Below, one piece after another: positions 49,233 through 58,347 of a stretch of DNA of 64,000 nucleotides. The notes under the pieces are model-generated. The model was not told where the DNA came from and searched no databases. It saw nothing but the letters and a program-made list of their open reading frames with translations. A program made the position numbers and the translations under genes. The stretch is taken from positions 9,159 through 73,158 of the forward strand of contig JAIOPO010000001.1 in the NCBI GenBank assembly GCA_021413905.1, read 5' to 3'. The stretch comes from Candidatus Nomurabacteria bacterium. GTDB lineage: Bacteria > Patescibacteriota > Minisyncoccia > Phycocordibacterales > UBA9973. How positions within the stretch are numbered: the stretch's first letter is position 1; each line of letters opens with the position of its first letter.

Positions 49233-50129
49233 ATGGCTTTAATACCCCCACATTATTTAAATTCAGTAGTATCAATTGAGGTAGAAAGGAAAAATGACAA
49301 GGACGAAATACAAAAAGTTTCTATTGCTACTGGTTTTCTTGTAGGTAAACTTACTGGAAAAAGTAATGAAAAAGGACCTTTATATAATCTTTTTCTTGTA
49401 ACGAATAGACATGTTTTTCAAAATGAAAAAACAAATCAACTTTTAAAAGAAGCATTTTTTCGTTTTAATACAACTGACAATAAAGGGCATTACTTTAAGG
49501 TAAATCTTTTAAGAACAGACAACACTCACATATGGTCAATGCACAGTGATGAAAAAGTTGACTTAGCGGTACTGCCAATAAATGCTAAAGCAATTAATGA
49601 TGCAAAAATTAACTATCATTTTTTTTCTGATACTGACTTGTTTTATGCAAGAGATTTTAAGTCAAAAAATATACATACAGGAGACAGCCTGTTTGTTTTA
49701 GGTTTTCCTATGAGTATAAATGGTAAGGCAAAAAATTTTGTTATTGTAAGACAAGGAATAATTGCTCGTGTTGATGAAGAAGTTTTAAATGAACGTTTTT
49801 ACTATATTGATGCTTCAGCATATCCTGGAAACAGTGGAGGACCTGTTATTGTTAAACCAGAAATAGTTTCAATCCAAGGTACAACAAGTAATAATTCAGC
49901 TGGTCTTATTGGGGTTATAAGTTCTGGAGAAACTTATTCTGATGTTGCAGTAAGTAGTCAAACTGGTGAAGCACGAGTAATTTTTACTGAACAGACTGGA
50001 CTTGTTAGGATTGTACCTATTGAACTAATATATGAAATTATTGATACAATTACAAAACCCACAACGTTATTGCAAGAGGCTAAGGTTGAAGATGTTAGTT
50101 CTTCAGCAAAGGAAGAAATAAAAAATTAG
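49233..50129 (+). CDS. Trypsin-like serine protease, no signal peptide
   Basis: ATGF, TNRHV (His), DLAVL (Asp), GFP, GNSGGP (Ser); alternative start at 49194. Confidence 0.88.
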   Translation: MALIPPHYLNSVVSIEVERKNDKDEIQKVSIATGFLVGKLTGKSNEKGPLYNLFLVTNRHVFQNEKTNQLLKEAFFRFNTTDNKGHYFKVNLLRTDNTHIWSMHSDEKVDLAVLPINAKAINDAKINYHFFSDTDLFYARDFKSKNIHTGDSLFVLGFPMSINGKAKNFVIVRQGIIARVDEEVLNERFYYIDASAYPGNSGGPVIVKPEIVSIQGTTSNNSAGLIGVISSGETYSDVAVSSQTGEARVIFTEQTGLVRIVPIELIYEIIDTITKPTTLLQEAKVEDVSSSAKEEIKN

Positions 50130-50172
50130 TATATATATTTATATAGTTTACCATTTATGTTATAATTGCTCC

Positions 50173-50361
50173 ATGAGTGATAGACAACAAACTAGTAATG
50201 GTCAATTTAAAAAGAGACGAGGCGATACTCGTATTGGGACCATTGAAAAAGAATATGGTGTTGACTTTGGGGTGCGTTCTGACACAAAGCTAGCTACTTA
50301 TCTTGAGGAAAATGGGGTCCCTTCTCTTTCTAAGGCATTAAAGAAGTTAAACGACAAATAA
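50173..50361 (+). CDS. Small hypothetical protein (62 aa)
   Basis: Internal RGDT/RSDT repeat; TGTTATAAT-N6-ATG start; coupled to the next gene. Confidence 0.7.
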   Translation: MSDRQQTSNGQFKKRRGDTRIGTIEKEYGVDFGVRSDTKLATYLEENGVPSLSKALKKLNDK

Positions 50362-50362
50362 T

Positions 50363-50896
50363 ATGTCTTCGCATAGTCCAGATGTATTACACGCAAACAT
50401 TGAATGGCATATTGAATTGATTGCTATTCAGATTAGTCACGCAAAAAAAGTAAAGGGAAGAGCTAGAAGTGGTTATTACAAAATGGCTACCATTCTTGGA
50501 GCTACTATTGTTGAAGGTCTAGTGCACGCAATTTTACAAAACAAATTAGGAATAGATGGAGTTATATTTACAGGTAAAAAGATATCTTATGATTGTTGTG
50601 AATTACCAAAGAGATTTTCAGAAAAAGAGCAACTTGCTATATGTAAAAGAAAAGATGAAAAAATAGAACTTAAAAAGAATCCAGATTTTGCAGTTCTAAA
50701 TAACACTTGTTTAAAAGAAAGATTATTCTCAAAAGAAGTTTTTAATAGAGTTGAAGATGTGCGTAAAACAAGAAACAAAATTCATATTCAAGGTTTAGAC
50801 CACATTGACCGTAGTTATACAAATAATAATGTTGAAAAAATTGCAAAAACTGTTAATAGACTGGTAGATTTATATAATAGGTCTCATAATAATTAA
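50363..50896 (+). CDS. Putative HEPN-like protein
   Basis: Helical N-terminus with IVEG; C-terminal RKTRNKIH motif. Confidence 0.55.
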   Translation: MSSHSPDVLHANIEWHIELIAIQISHAKKVKGRARSGYYKMATILGATIVEGLVHAILQNKLGIDGVIFTGKKISYDCCELPKRFSEKEQLAICKRKDEKIELKKNPDFAVLNNTCLKERLFSKEVFNRVEDVRKTRNKIHIQGLDHIDRSYTNNNVEKIAKTVNRLVDLYNRSHNN

Positions 50897-50899
50897 TTT

Positions 50900-51643
50900 A
50901 TGCCAAATAAAATTATACAAACTGAAATTGATAAAATTCTCGGTGAATTGGCTTTTTACAATGAACCTGAACTTCTAAAAGAAGAGTATAGGAAGTTTTT
51001 GAAGGTTGGTAAAAATTTTAATAAAGAAAAAAGTAAAAAATATTCTCAGTCATTAGCTAGTATAAATTGGTTTATAAAAAAAGTAGCTAAATATAAAATA
51101 TACTTTTCAGAGTTTTATCCATGTTCAACTGATAATATTCAAAAACATGAGGCTCTAGAACACCATATTCATGCGTATCTGGAAGATATAATTACTGTTA
51201 AAACTAAAACAACTAATTATATTGGTGAACTAAAAAATGACCTCAAGCAAGTTGTTGAAAATAAAAAAGAAATTAGTAACTCCCTTGATTGGCTTAAAGA
51301 ACAAATATATAAAACTTTTGAAGGTATATCAACGCAAAGAGACCAACATAGACATAGAGGTTTTAAGTTTGTAGATGGAGATATAACTAATGCGGAAATG
51401 GCTCACATAATGTTAGGGAAGGATTCTCTTTTCAAGGGTCATTTTACTGATTATGCTATTGAAAAATTTAAGGCACAAAAAGAGGAATCGTTTGAAAAAG
51501 CAAAAAAAAGTTGGTTGGAAAATACTTTAAAAAATTATGACCAAATTGAAGGACTAGCAAATGAAATGGTTAAAAGAACGAAACCATTTTTGTATCAATA
51601 TTTAGACATAGAACCATTAGATACACTATATCAAAGCCATTAA
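50900..51643 (+). CDS. Putative HEPN-domain protein (Cthe_2314-like)
   Basis: LEHHIHAYLED helix and RDQHRH (Rx4H) motif. Confidence 0.55.
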   Translation: MPNKIIQTEIDKILGELAFYNEPELLKEEYRKFLKVGKNFNKEKSKKYSQSLASINWFIKKVAKYKIYFSEFYPCSTDNIQKHEALEHHIHAYLEDIITVKTKTTNYIGELKNDLKQVVENKKEISNSLDWLKEQIYKTFEGISTQRDQHRHRGFKFVDGDITNAEMAHIMLGKDSLFKGHFTDYAIEKFKAQKEESFEKAKKSWLENTLKNYDQIEGLANEMVKRTKPFLYQYLDIEPLDTLYQSH

Positions 51644-51737
51644 TTGCTTCATTTGTTGCAAAGAAACAGACGGATAAGGAAAAATCTCTTCCCATTTGGT
51701 TGTTCGTAGAGTATACTTCCATTCGAGCCAAGTAGTA

Positions 51738-51764
51738 CAAACGTCGCCGAAAGCGGCGTTTTGT
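51738..51764 (+). terminator. Intrinsic terminator, probably the original tRNA-Ala/Asn terminator displaced by the island
   Basis: CAAACGTCGC-CGAAA-GCGGCGTTTTG directly after CGAGCCA. Confidence 0.7.
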
Positions 51765-51942
51765 GTTTGTATTGCTGTTTTTGTGAAAGTTAATACCTAT
51801 AATGAGTAAAATATGATAAATAATATAGAAATTACTTATTAGAGTCTAAAGAGGATCTTGCAAAATTTAAAGAATTTGTTTTTTTAAAGATATAAAGCTA
51901 TAATACATATGTATCAATATTATCAAATAATTTTAAAATAAA

Positions 51943-52068
51943 ATGGCAAAAAGAGGAACAACACTAAGTATTAGACCAAAATCAAGACGTTCTCATAAAA
52001 CAAAAAAGAGACTTGCTACCAAGAAAACAATGCTCGCTAGCAAATCTACTGGAAAGAAAAGAGGTTAA
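51943..52068 (+). CDS. Small basic protein (41 aa, MAKRGTTLSIRPKSRRSHKTKKRLATKKTMLASKSTGKKRG)
   Basis: Translated by hand; upstream TATAAT at 51899-51904; terminator AAAAAACCCA...TGGGTTTTTT at ~52089-52114. Confidence 0.7.
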   Translation: MAKRGTTLSIRPKSRRSHKTKKRLATKKTMLASKSTGKKRG

Positions 52069-52148
52069 TATTTAAATATATTTTGTCAAAAAAACCCATT
52101 AGTTGGGTTTTTTTGATTTGACTTTACTTTTTACATTTTTAGTGTAAA

Positions 52149-52847
52149 GTGAAATTAGACAAAGCACAAAACATGGAAAATTTTAACAAAAATAATTCCA
52201 GTAATATTAATGAGTTTAATAGACGTGATTTGGAAAAAGATGTCTATGAAATTTTTAATATTTTGGAATTTGAGAAAGTCATCATTTCTTTTGATAAACT
52301 AAATGTATCAAGAGCTGATAATGCTTTGGTTTTTAGAACATTTCCAATAGATACAAAAAAAAGATTTTTGGATTTTGTTTTTAATCAAAGAAAGAATTTG
52401 TCATCACCTTATGATATTTATGTTTACGAAAGTGGCATAGATGTCAAATTGTTAATTAGTCCTAGTTACCAATATAATAAATTGGAGGATGAAATTAAAA
52501 AAGAATTAGCAATCAGAATAAAAGGGTTGCGTCTCGAGTGGATTTTTTTTGAAATTGTTAAAAAGCAAATATCTGAAAATAAAGAATTTTCTGATATTAT
52601 CAATGATATTTGTTTTTCCGAAGTTACTGATAATTTCCAACGCGCAATTAATTTTTTTCTAATTGGTTTAAATAAAAAAACACCACTACAATTAGTGGGT
52701 GGAAAATTTGACCAAAGGGCACATAAAAAATTGATGAAAAATATTCCTTCTTTGAGGTTTTCTGAACAAGAAGATTATCAGAATACCTTTAAAAAGGTAT
52801 TGGAAATACATCAGAATTATCCTTTGAAATCACTTCATTTGTTTTGA
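52149..52847 (+). CDS. Hypothetical protein
   Basis: 232-aa ORF followed by a terminator; likely start ATG at 52173. Confidence 0.6.
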   Translation: MKLDKAQNMENFNKNNSSNINEFNRRDLEKDVYEIFNILEFEKVIISFDKLNVSRADNALVFRTFPIDTKKRFLDFVFNQRKNLSSPYDIYVYESGIDVKLLISPSYQYNKLEDEIKKELAIRIKGLRLEWIFFEIVKKQISENKEFSDIINDICFSEVTDNFQRAINFFLIGLNKKTPLQLVGGKFDQRAHKKLMKNIPSLRFSEQEDYQNTFKKVLEIHQNYPLKSLHLF

Positions 52848-52866
52848 TTTTGGGATGTAAAAATTA

Positions 52867-52898
52867 AAAGCTCTGGCGTGTTTACGTCAGAGCTTTTT
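52867..52898. terminator. Bidirectional terminator
   Basis: AAAAGCTCTGGCGT...ACGTCAGAGCTTTT. Confidence 0.75.
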
Positions 52899-53398
52899 TA
52901 TTTAACAATGATTAAAATAGTTTTAATGATTGTTACCCAGATTATGTTCGACAAAAAAGAACTTATTAAGACAAGAAACAACGTAAAGATATTAGGAATG
53001 CCATCATGAGTATTGATACCTTTTCTGTAATAAAGTATTACAACTCTGGGACCTAATAAAAATATTTTGATTTGCCTTAATGCTGTTTTTACAAAAACAG
53101 TAAATTTTCTCGTCTCTTTGTTGTCACTGTGTAGTTTTTTTGCTCTTTTAATAATCTCTTTATCTTTTTCGATTCCAAGCCAATCAGCTTTTTTGTAATC
53201 GTAAATCAATAAGAAAAATAAAGTCAAAAAGAAAGAAAAAACAGACATAAGTGACACAATCAACCAAAAATTATTTTTGTGCAATACCATGAATGTGGTA
53301 ATGACGGTGTTTATCGTTCGTAATATTACACCAATCATTATTTCAATACTCAGATAATTGCGTATTTTTTTTAAAAAATACAAAATTCTACTTTTCAA
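52898..53398 (-). CDS. Hypothetical membrane protein
   Basis: Several hydrophobic segments, YD..K.DWLGIE motif. Confidence 0.6.
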   Translation of the reverse strand: MKSRILYFLKKIRNYLSIEIMIGVILRTINTVITTFMVLHKNNFWLIVSLMSVFSFFLTLFFLLIYDYKKADWLGIEKDKEIIKRAKKLHSDNKETRKFTVFVKTALRQIKIFLLGPRVVILYYRKGINTHDGIPNIFTLFLVLISSFLSNIIWVTIIKTILIIVK

Positions 53399-53438
53399 AA
53401 TACCTCCTTTAAAATTCTTTGTACAGTATGTATTATTT

Positions 53439-54299
53439 TTAATATTTTAACAAGTTTGTTTTTTTGTAAATACTATAATCTATTTCTTTTTTACCTTCTG
53501 GTAAAATACTTTTTATAACAAAATTATTATCTATTAAACTCGCATCGGTTATGATCATTCTTTTGTTTTCTTTGAAAAAGAAAATTCTTGGCCAACCATA
53601 ATATGCTCGAAATTTATTATATAAAATATTTGAAGATTCAGATTCTAAATCAACCAGACCGTCTTCTTTTTTTATTTTTTTACAATGTGTGACAAGATTT
53701 TCGTCTTGTTTTTCTGATTTTATTTTTTCATCTATGAAATCAGGTAATATTTTTACCAATAATTTACTACCGATTTCAATCAATCTTTTTCGGAGCTTGG
53801 GAGCATTTTCATCCGGATATATTTCAGTTTTTTCTTGTGCCAATATATCTCCGGCGTCCATCTTGTAAACCATTTTTTGTATACTTACACCTGTCTCATT
53901 TTCTTCATTTAAAATCGCGGATTCGACGGGGGATGCTCCTCTGTATTTAGGTAGTAATGAGTAATGTATATTAATTGAACCTAATTTTGGCATATTTATT
54001 ATTTCCTCCGGTAAAATTTTTCCATAAGCTACAACCAAGAAAAATTGAATATTTTGTTCATTTATATTAATTTCTTCTTTGGTTATTTTATCTGGTTGAA
54101 TATATGGAATATTGTTTTCTATTGCCCAAGTTTTTACCGGTGGAGGAGTGACAATCATTTTTCTTCCTTGTGGTTTATCAGGAGATGTGATTATCAGAGA
54201 AGGCAAATAGCCATTTTGTTTTAAAATTTCAAGTGTCTCAGATGCTACATCTGGTGTACCAAAAAATACGAAATTTAATTTATTATTTTCTTTTTGCAT
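53439..54299 (-). CDS. fmt: Methionyl-tRNA formyltransferase
   Basis: FFGTP, PDKPQGR, VAYGKIL, NIHYSLLPKYRGASP, MDAGD. Confidence 0.95.
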   Translation of the reverse strand: MQKENNKLNFVFFGTPDVASETLEILKQNGYLPSLIITSPDKPQGRKMIVTPPPVKTWAIENNIPYIQPDKITKEEININEQNIQFFLVVAYGKILPEEIINMPKLGSINIHYSLLPKYRGASPVESAILNEENETGVSIQKMVYKMDAGDILAQEKTEIYPDENAPKLRKRLIEIGSKLLVKILPDFIDEKIKSEKQDENLVTHCKKIKKEDGLVDLESESSNILYNKFRAYYGWPRIFFFKENKRMIITDASLIDNNFVIKSILPEGKKEIDYSIYKKTNLLKY

Positions 54300-54320
54300 A
54301 ATTGTTTTGCTACTGAAAGT

Positions 54321-54863
54321 TTACTGAAGGTGGGGATGTTCTTCTTTTAAATTTTTTGCATGATCAACGAAAAGAATACCATTTAGGTGATCTGTCTCGT
54401 GTTGGAAAATTTGTGCCAAAAGACCGCTACCTCCACGAGTAAATTTCTTACCATTTTCATCATAAGCTGTAACTGTAGCCTTTTTAGATCTGTGAGTTTC
54501 TCCATAAAGCCAACGCACAGACAAGCAACCTTCTGGGACCCATTTTTTTTCTTTTGATAATTTTGATATTTTAGGATTTATGAATACCAAATGAGAGAGA
54601 TCATCTTTTTTGTTTTGTGGGATGTCTAATGAAGGTGTGTTTTCTAGAAAATTTTTATCAAATACTTTTCCTGCCACTACGAAAATACGTAATGATACGC
54701 CAATCTGCGGAGCAGCAATAGCTACTCCGTCACCTTGACTATCTAGAGCATCTTTCATGTCCTTAAGAATTTTTTTAAGCTTTGGTTTACCAATATCTGC
54801 AATCGGTACCTCTTTTGCTACCGTACTTAGAACATTGTTTCCTTTTTGAACAATCTCAATCAT
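54321..54863 (-). CDS. def: Peptide deformylase
   Basis: GVAIAAPQIG, EGCLS, QHETDHLNG. Confidence 0.96.
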   Translation of the reverse strand: MIEIVQKGNNVLSTVAKEVPIADIGKPKLKKILKDMKDALDSQGDGVAIAAPQIGVSLRIFVVAGKVFDKNFLENTPSLDIPQNKKDDLSHLVFINPKISKLSKEKKWVPEGCLSVRWLYGETHRSKKATVTAYDENGKKFTRGGSGLLAQIFQHETDHLNGILFVDHAKNLKEEHPHLQ

Positions 54864-54868
54864 TGTTT

Positions 54869-56173
54869 TTATTTAATTTCTTTTAAATATTCCAAAAGTT
54901 TTGTTAATTTGACTGTATCTTGAGATCTGTTGGACATATTGCGTACAATAACAGAATTTTCTAATGCTTCTTTTTGTCCAAAGATAAGTGCGTATGGAAC
55001 TTGTAATTTTTCGGCAATAGCAAGTTGAGAACCTAGATTGTCTTTAGATAAAGATTGAGCCATAGGTATATGAGCTTTTCTTAAAATTTCTATAACATTT
55101 AGACTTTTCAATTTGGCTTCACCGCCAAGTTGAATAAAATATATTTTTGGTTTTTTGATTATACGTGGGGCAAGTTTTTTATACCAAGGAGCAGATACTA
55201 TACGATCTACACCAATAGAAAAACCAACAGCAGGGACATCTTTTTTACTGCCAAGTTGTTTACCTAAATAATCATAACGACCTCCTCCGGCGATAGTCAA
55301 AGGAGTGCCATCTTCTGAACCGTTTTGCTCGATAACTTCAAAAACTGTTCGAGTGTAATAAGACAAACCACGTACCAGATTTTTATTTATGTTGTATTGT
55401 ATGCCCATTTCTTCAAGATATTCCAAAACTTCTTTGAAATGTTTTTTACAAGAAGGACAAAGGAAAGACACAGCATCAGGAGCATGTTCGTTTATTTCTT
55501 TTGTTTTTTCTTCTTTTGAGTCAAGTATACGCAAAGGATTTGTTTTTAATCTTTCACGATCTATTGCCGGTAATTGATTTAAATGTTTTTTGTAGTAATT
55601 GGTTAATTCTTTGATATACCCATTTCGGCATTCTTTATCTCCAATTGAATTTATATCAATAGAAAGATTTTCTGCACCGGCTTCTTCTAAGATACTCATG
55701 CCTGCTTTTATTACAAGAGCGTCCATGATACTTTTTTCACTGCCTAAAATATCTAAGTCAAATTGATAGAATTGTCGATATCGACCGCGTTGAGGTTTAT
55801 CATGTCTAAATGAAGAACCATATTGATAAAACATCACAGGTTGAGGCATGTTTTGCATTCCATGTTCTATATATGCACGCATAAGTGGAGCAGTGTGTTC
55901 AGGACGTAATGCAAGATGATCACCACCTTTTGTTTTAAGTGTATAAATTTCTTTATCTATTATGTCTGTGCCTTCTCCTATGCCAGTAGTAAAGATTTCT
56001 TCATTTTCTAAAACTGGTGTTTCTATTGGTTTGAAACCATAGTATATGCAGACTTCTTGAGCTTTCTCAAAAAAACCTTGAAAATTGTAATATTCTTCGT
56101 TCATGATATCACGCATTCCTTTTGGTGAAGTCATATCTTTTATTGCTGTTTTTGTTTTTTTTGTATTATTCAT
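54869..56173 (-). CDS. hisS: Histidine--tRNA ligase
   Basis: PKGMRD, LRPE.T, PQRGRYRQF.Q, LVRGL.YYT, GGGRYD. Confidence 0.96.
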   Translation of the reverse strand: MNNTKKTKTAIKDMTSPKGMRDIMNEEYYNFQGFFEKAQEVCIYYGFKPIETPVLENEEIFTTGIGEGTDIIDKEIYTLKTKGGDHLALRPEHTAPLMRAYIEHGMQNMPQPVMFYQYGSSFRHDKPQRGRYRQFYQFDLDILGSEKSIMDALVIKAGMSILEEAGAENLSIDINSIGDKECRNGYIKELTNYYKKHLNQLPAIDRERLKTNPLRILDSKEEKTKEINEHAPDAVSFLCPSCKKHFKEVLEYLEEMGIQYNINKNLVRGLSYYTRTVFEVIEQNGSEDGTPLTIAGGGRYDYLGKQLGSKKDVPAVGFSIGVDRIVSAPWYKKLAPRIIKKPKIYFIQLGGEAKLKSLNVIEILRKAHIPMAQSLSKDNLGSQLAIAEKLQVPYALIFGQKEALENSVIVRNMSNRSQDTVKLTKLLEYLKEIK

Positions 56174-56744
56174 TTTGATTATATTTACCTGGTAATATGT
56201 TTATTTTATTTATTGGAAGAAGTCTTAAAAATGCTCTACCTATCATTAGATGTCTTGGTACAGGACCCCAAGCACGTGAATCATAACTTCCTGTCCTGTT
56301 GTCTCCCATTACAAAATATTCATCGTTTCCTAATTCTGCATGTATGTCATCATTACTTTTATTTTCTACAAAAGGTTGATCCAATTTGAATCCTTCAGGG
56401 TGTTCTTTGTTTATGATCGTTACTTCGTTACCAGAAATATTTACAGTTTCATTTGGTAGACCTATAACTCTTTTTATAAAGAATTTTTTTGTGTCATTTG
56501 GATATCTAAAAATTACAACATCATCTCTTTTTGGATTATTTAAATAAAAAGAAATCTCATCTACAATTAAATATTGTCCGTCATGAAAAGTGGGGAACAT
56601 AGAAGAGCCGGATACTACAAATGGTTGAGCTATAAATATTCTTATGGGTATAACTATCGCTATTGCTATTAGTGCAAAGCGTAATAATTCCCAAAAGTTT
56701 TGCCAACCAGTTTGTTTTTTATTTTCTTCTTGTTTATTTTCCAT
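56166..56744 (-). CDS. lepB: Signal peptidase I
   Basis: V.GSSM.PT, FIKRVIGLP, YFVMGDNR..S.DSR. Confidence 0.95.
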   Translation of the reverse strand: MENKQEENKKQTGWQNFWELLRFALIAIAIVIPIRIFIAQPFVVSGSSMFPTFHDGQYLIVDEISFYLNNPKRDDVVIFRYPNDTKKFFIKRVIGLPNETVNISGNEVTIINKEHPEGFKLDQPFVENKSNDDIHAELGNDEYFVMGDNRTGSYDSRAWGPVPRHLMIGRAFLRLLPINKINILPGKYNQNE

Positions 56745-56840
56745 TTACACATTCTATCACAAAACAAGCTTGACATAAAATACAAATATGTTTTCTGGTA
56801 ATAATTGCTTTATAAAGATATTTGATGTTATAATTTATTT

Positions 56841-57368
56841 ATGAAAATAGTTGTTGGTTTGGGAAATCCTGGAAAAGAATATGAAAATACAAGACACAAT
56901 GCAGGTCGTATTGTGGTTGAAATTATTGAAAAAAAGTTATCTGATATAAAGATAAAATTTATCACACCAGATAATTTTATGAATAATTCCGGTAAGGCAG
57001 TCGCGCCTTTCATAAAAACAAAAAAAGATTTGGAAAATCTCGTAGTTATTTATGATGACATTGATTTGCCAATCGGAAAAATTAAAATTTCTTTCAATAG
57101 GTCCTCTGGTGGACATAATGGTGTGGGTTCAATTATTAAATCATTAAAATCTCAAGAATTTTTACGTATACGTGTGGGTATTTGTCCTGCGACACCGACA
57201 GGCAAATTAAAAAAACCAAAAGGAGAAGACGCAGTGTTAAAATTTTTGCTTGGAGAATTCAAAAAACCAGAACTCGACGAAATAAAAAAACTTTCAAAGA
57301 AAATAGCCGAAGCAGTGGAGACAATTTTCACCGAAGGCAAAGACAAGGCAATGAGCTTGTACAATTAA
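56841..57368 (+). CDS. pth: Peptidyl-tRNA hydrolase
   Basis: VGLGNPG..Y..TRHNAG, FMNNSG, DDIDL, GGHNG, RIRVGI. Confidence 0.95.
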   Translation: MKIVVGLGNPGKEYENTRHNAGRIVVEIIEKKLSDIKIKFITPDNFMNNSGKAVAPFIKTKKDLENLVVIYDDIDLPIGKIKISFNRSSGGHNGVGSIIKSLKSQEFLRIRVGICPATPTGKLKKPKGEDAVLKFLLGEFKKPELDEIKKLSKKIAEAVETIFTEGKDKAMSLYN

Positions 57369-57369
57369 T

Positions 57370-57406
57370 CCCATATGTCTGACATATGGAAAAACTTTTG
57401 TTTGTA
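57370..57406 (+). repeat. Left 37-bp direct repeat (palindromic REP-like) flanking the transposase
   Basis: CCCATATGTCTGACATATGGAAAAACTTTTGTTTGTA; 36/37 identical to 58108-58144. Confidence 0.92.
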
Positions 57407-57421
57407 TGATATAATACATTT

Positions 57422-58120
57422 ATGTCATATAGAAAAGAGGCGCTTGTGGACGGTGAATATTATCACGTCTACAATCGGGGTAACAGTAAACAAAATATAT
57501 TTTTAGACAAAGCTGATTACGAGCATTTTGTGAAATGTCTTTTTGTGTGTAATACTCATCGTAATTTTAATTTTCGAGATAATATTGTTTCTCCAAATAT
57601 TGATTCTTTTGATTTTGATCGGGGAGAGACTTTGGTATCTATTGGTGCTTGGGTTTTAATGCCAAATCATTTTCATATTTATTTAACAATCAATCCAAAT
57701 CGTTCTCATAAATCTGACAATTGGAAAAAGAATAATATTTCAGAATTCATGCGCAAACTTTCCACCGCATATTCAAAATATTTTAATGCAAAATACAATA
57801 GAACTGGCGGACTTTTTGAAGGTACTTTTAAATCTGTGATGATGTCGCAAGATACTCAGTCAAAATATATTTTTGCTTACATACATTTGAATCCGGTAAA
57901 AATTATTGATCATAATTGGCGGACAAAAGGTATTGATAAAAAGAAAGCTGTGGATTTTTTGAATACTTATAAATGGGGTAGTTATTTGGATTATGCCTCA
58001 GAAGAAGAACGTAAAGAAAGTACTATATTGCAAAAGTCTGATTTTCCAAAGTATTTTCTTGATATTAAAGATTTTAATGATGAAATTTTTGACTGGCTCA
58101 GTTTTCCCCCATATGTCTGA
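57422..58120 (+). CDS. REP-associated tyrosine transposase-like protein (HUH, Y1/IS200 superfamily)
   Basis: YYHVYNRG, LMPNHFH (HUH), YFN.KY.RTG.LF, YIHLNP, Y.W.SY. Confidence 0.9.
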   Translation: MSYRKEALVDGEYYHVYNRGNSKQNIFLDKADYEHFVKCLFVCNTHRNFNFRDNIVSPNIDSFDFDRGETLVSIGAWVLMPNHFHIYLTINPNRSHKSDNWKKNNISEFMRKLSTAYSKYFNAKYNRTGGLFEGTFKSVMMSQDTQSKYIFAYIHLNPVKIIDHNWRTKGIDKKKAVDFLNTYKWGSYLDYASEEERKESTILQKSDFPKYFLDIKDFNDEIFDWLSFPPYV

Positions 58121-58144
58121 CATATGGAAAAGCTTTTGTTTGTA
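58108..58144 (+). repeat. Right 37-bp direct repeat; supplies the transposase stop codon
   Basis: CCCATATGTCTGACATATGGAAAAGCTTTTGTTTGTA; TGA at 58118-58120. Confidence 0.92.
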
Positions 58145-58347
58145 AGGTTTTTTAGCATTTGATTTATCTTTATATTTTTAATATATTATATTAAGTTGAT
58201 AGTTCTTTAAAAAAGGTTTTTCTCTCTGTTTAAGAATCAATGAAATTAATCGTTGTTTCAAATAACAGAGGGAGAAGCCGAATACCCTTACTTTTAGAGT
58301 AAAAAAATAGTAGGTTTGAAAAATTTTAAACTTAAAAATTCAGTATC

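Larger units (their letters stand above)
43826..51728. mobile_element. ~7.9-kb integrative element (satellite-like genomic island) at the tRNA-Asn 3' end
   Basis: CGAGC core at 43826-43830 and 51724-51728; right copy followed by CA (restoring the tRNA CCA) and a terminator; recombinase, replication-like, TerS-like and cargo genes inside. Confidence 0.8.
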
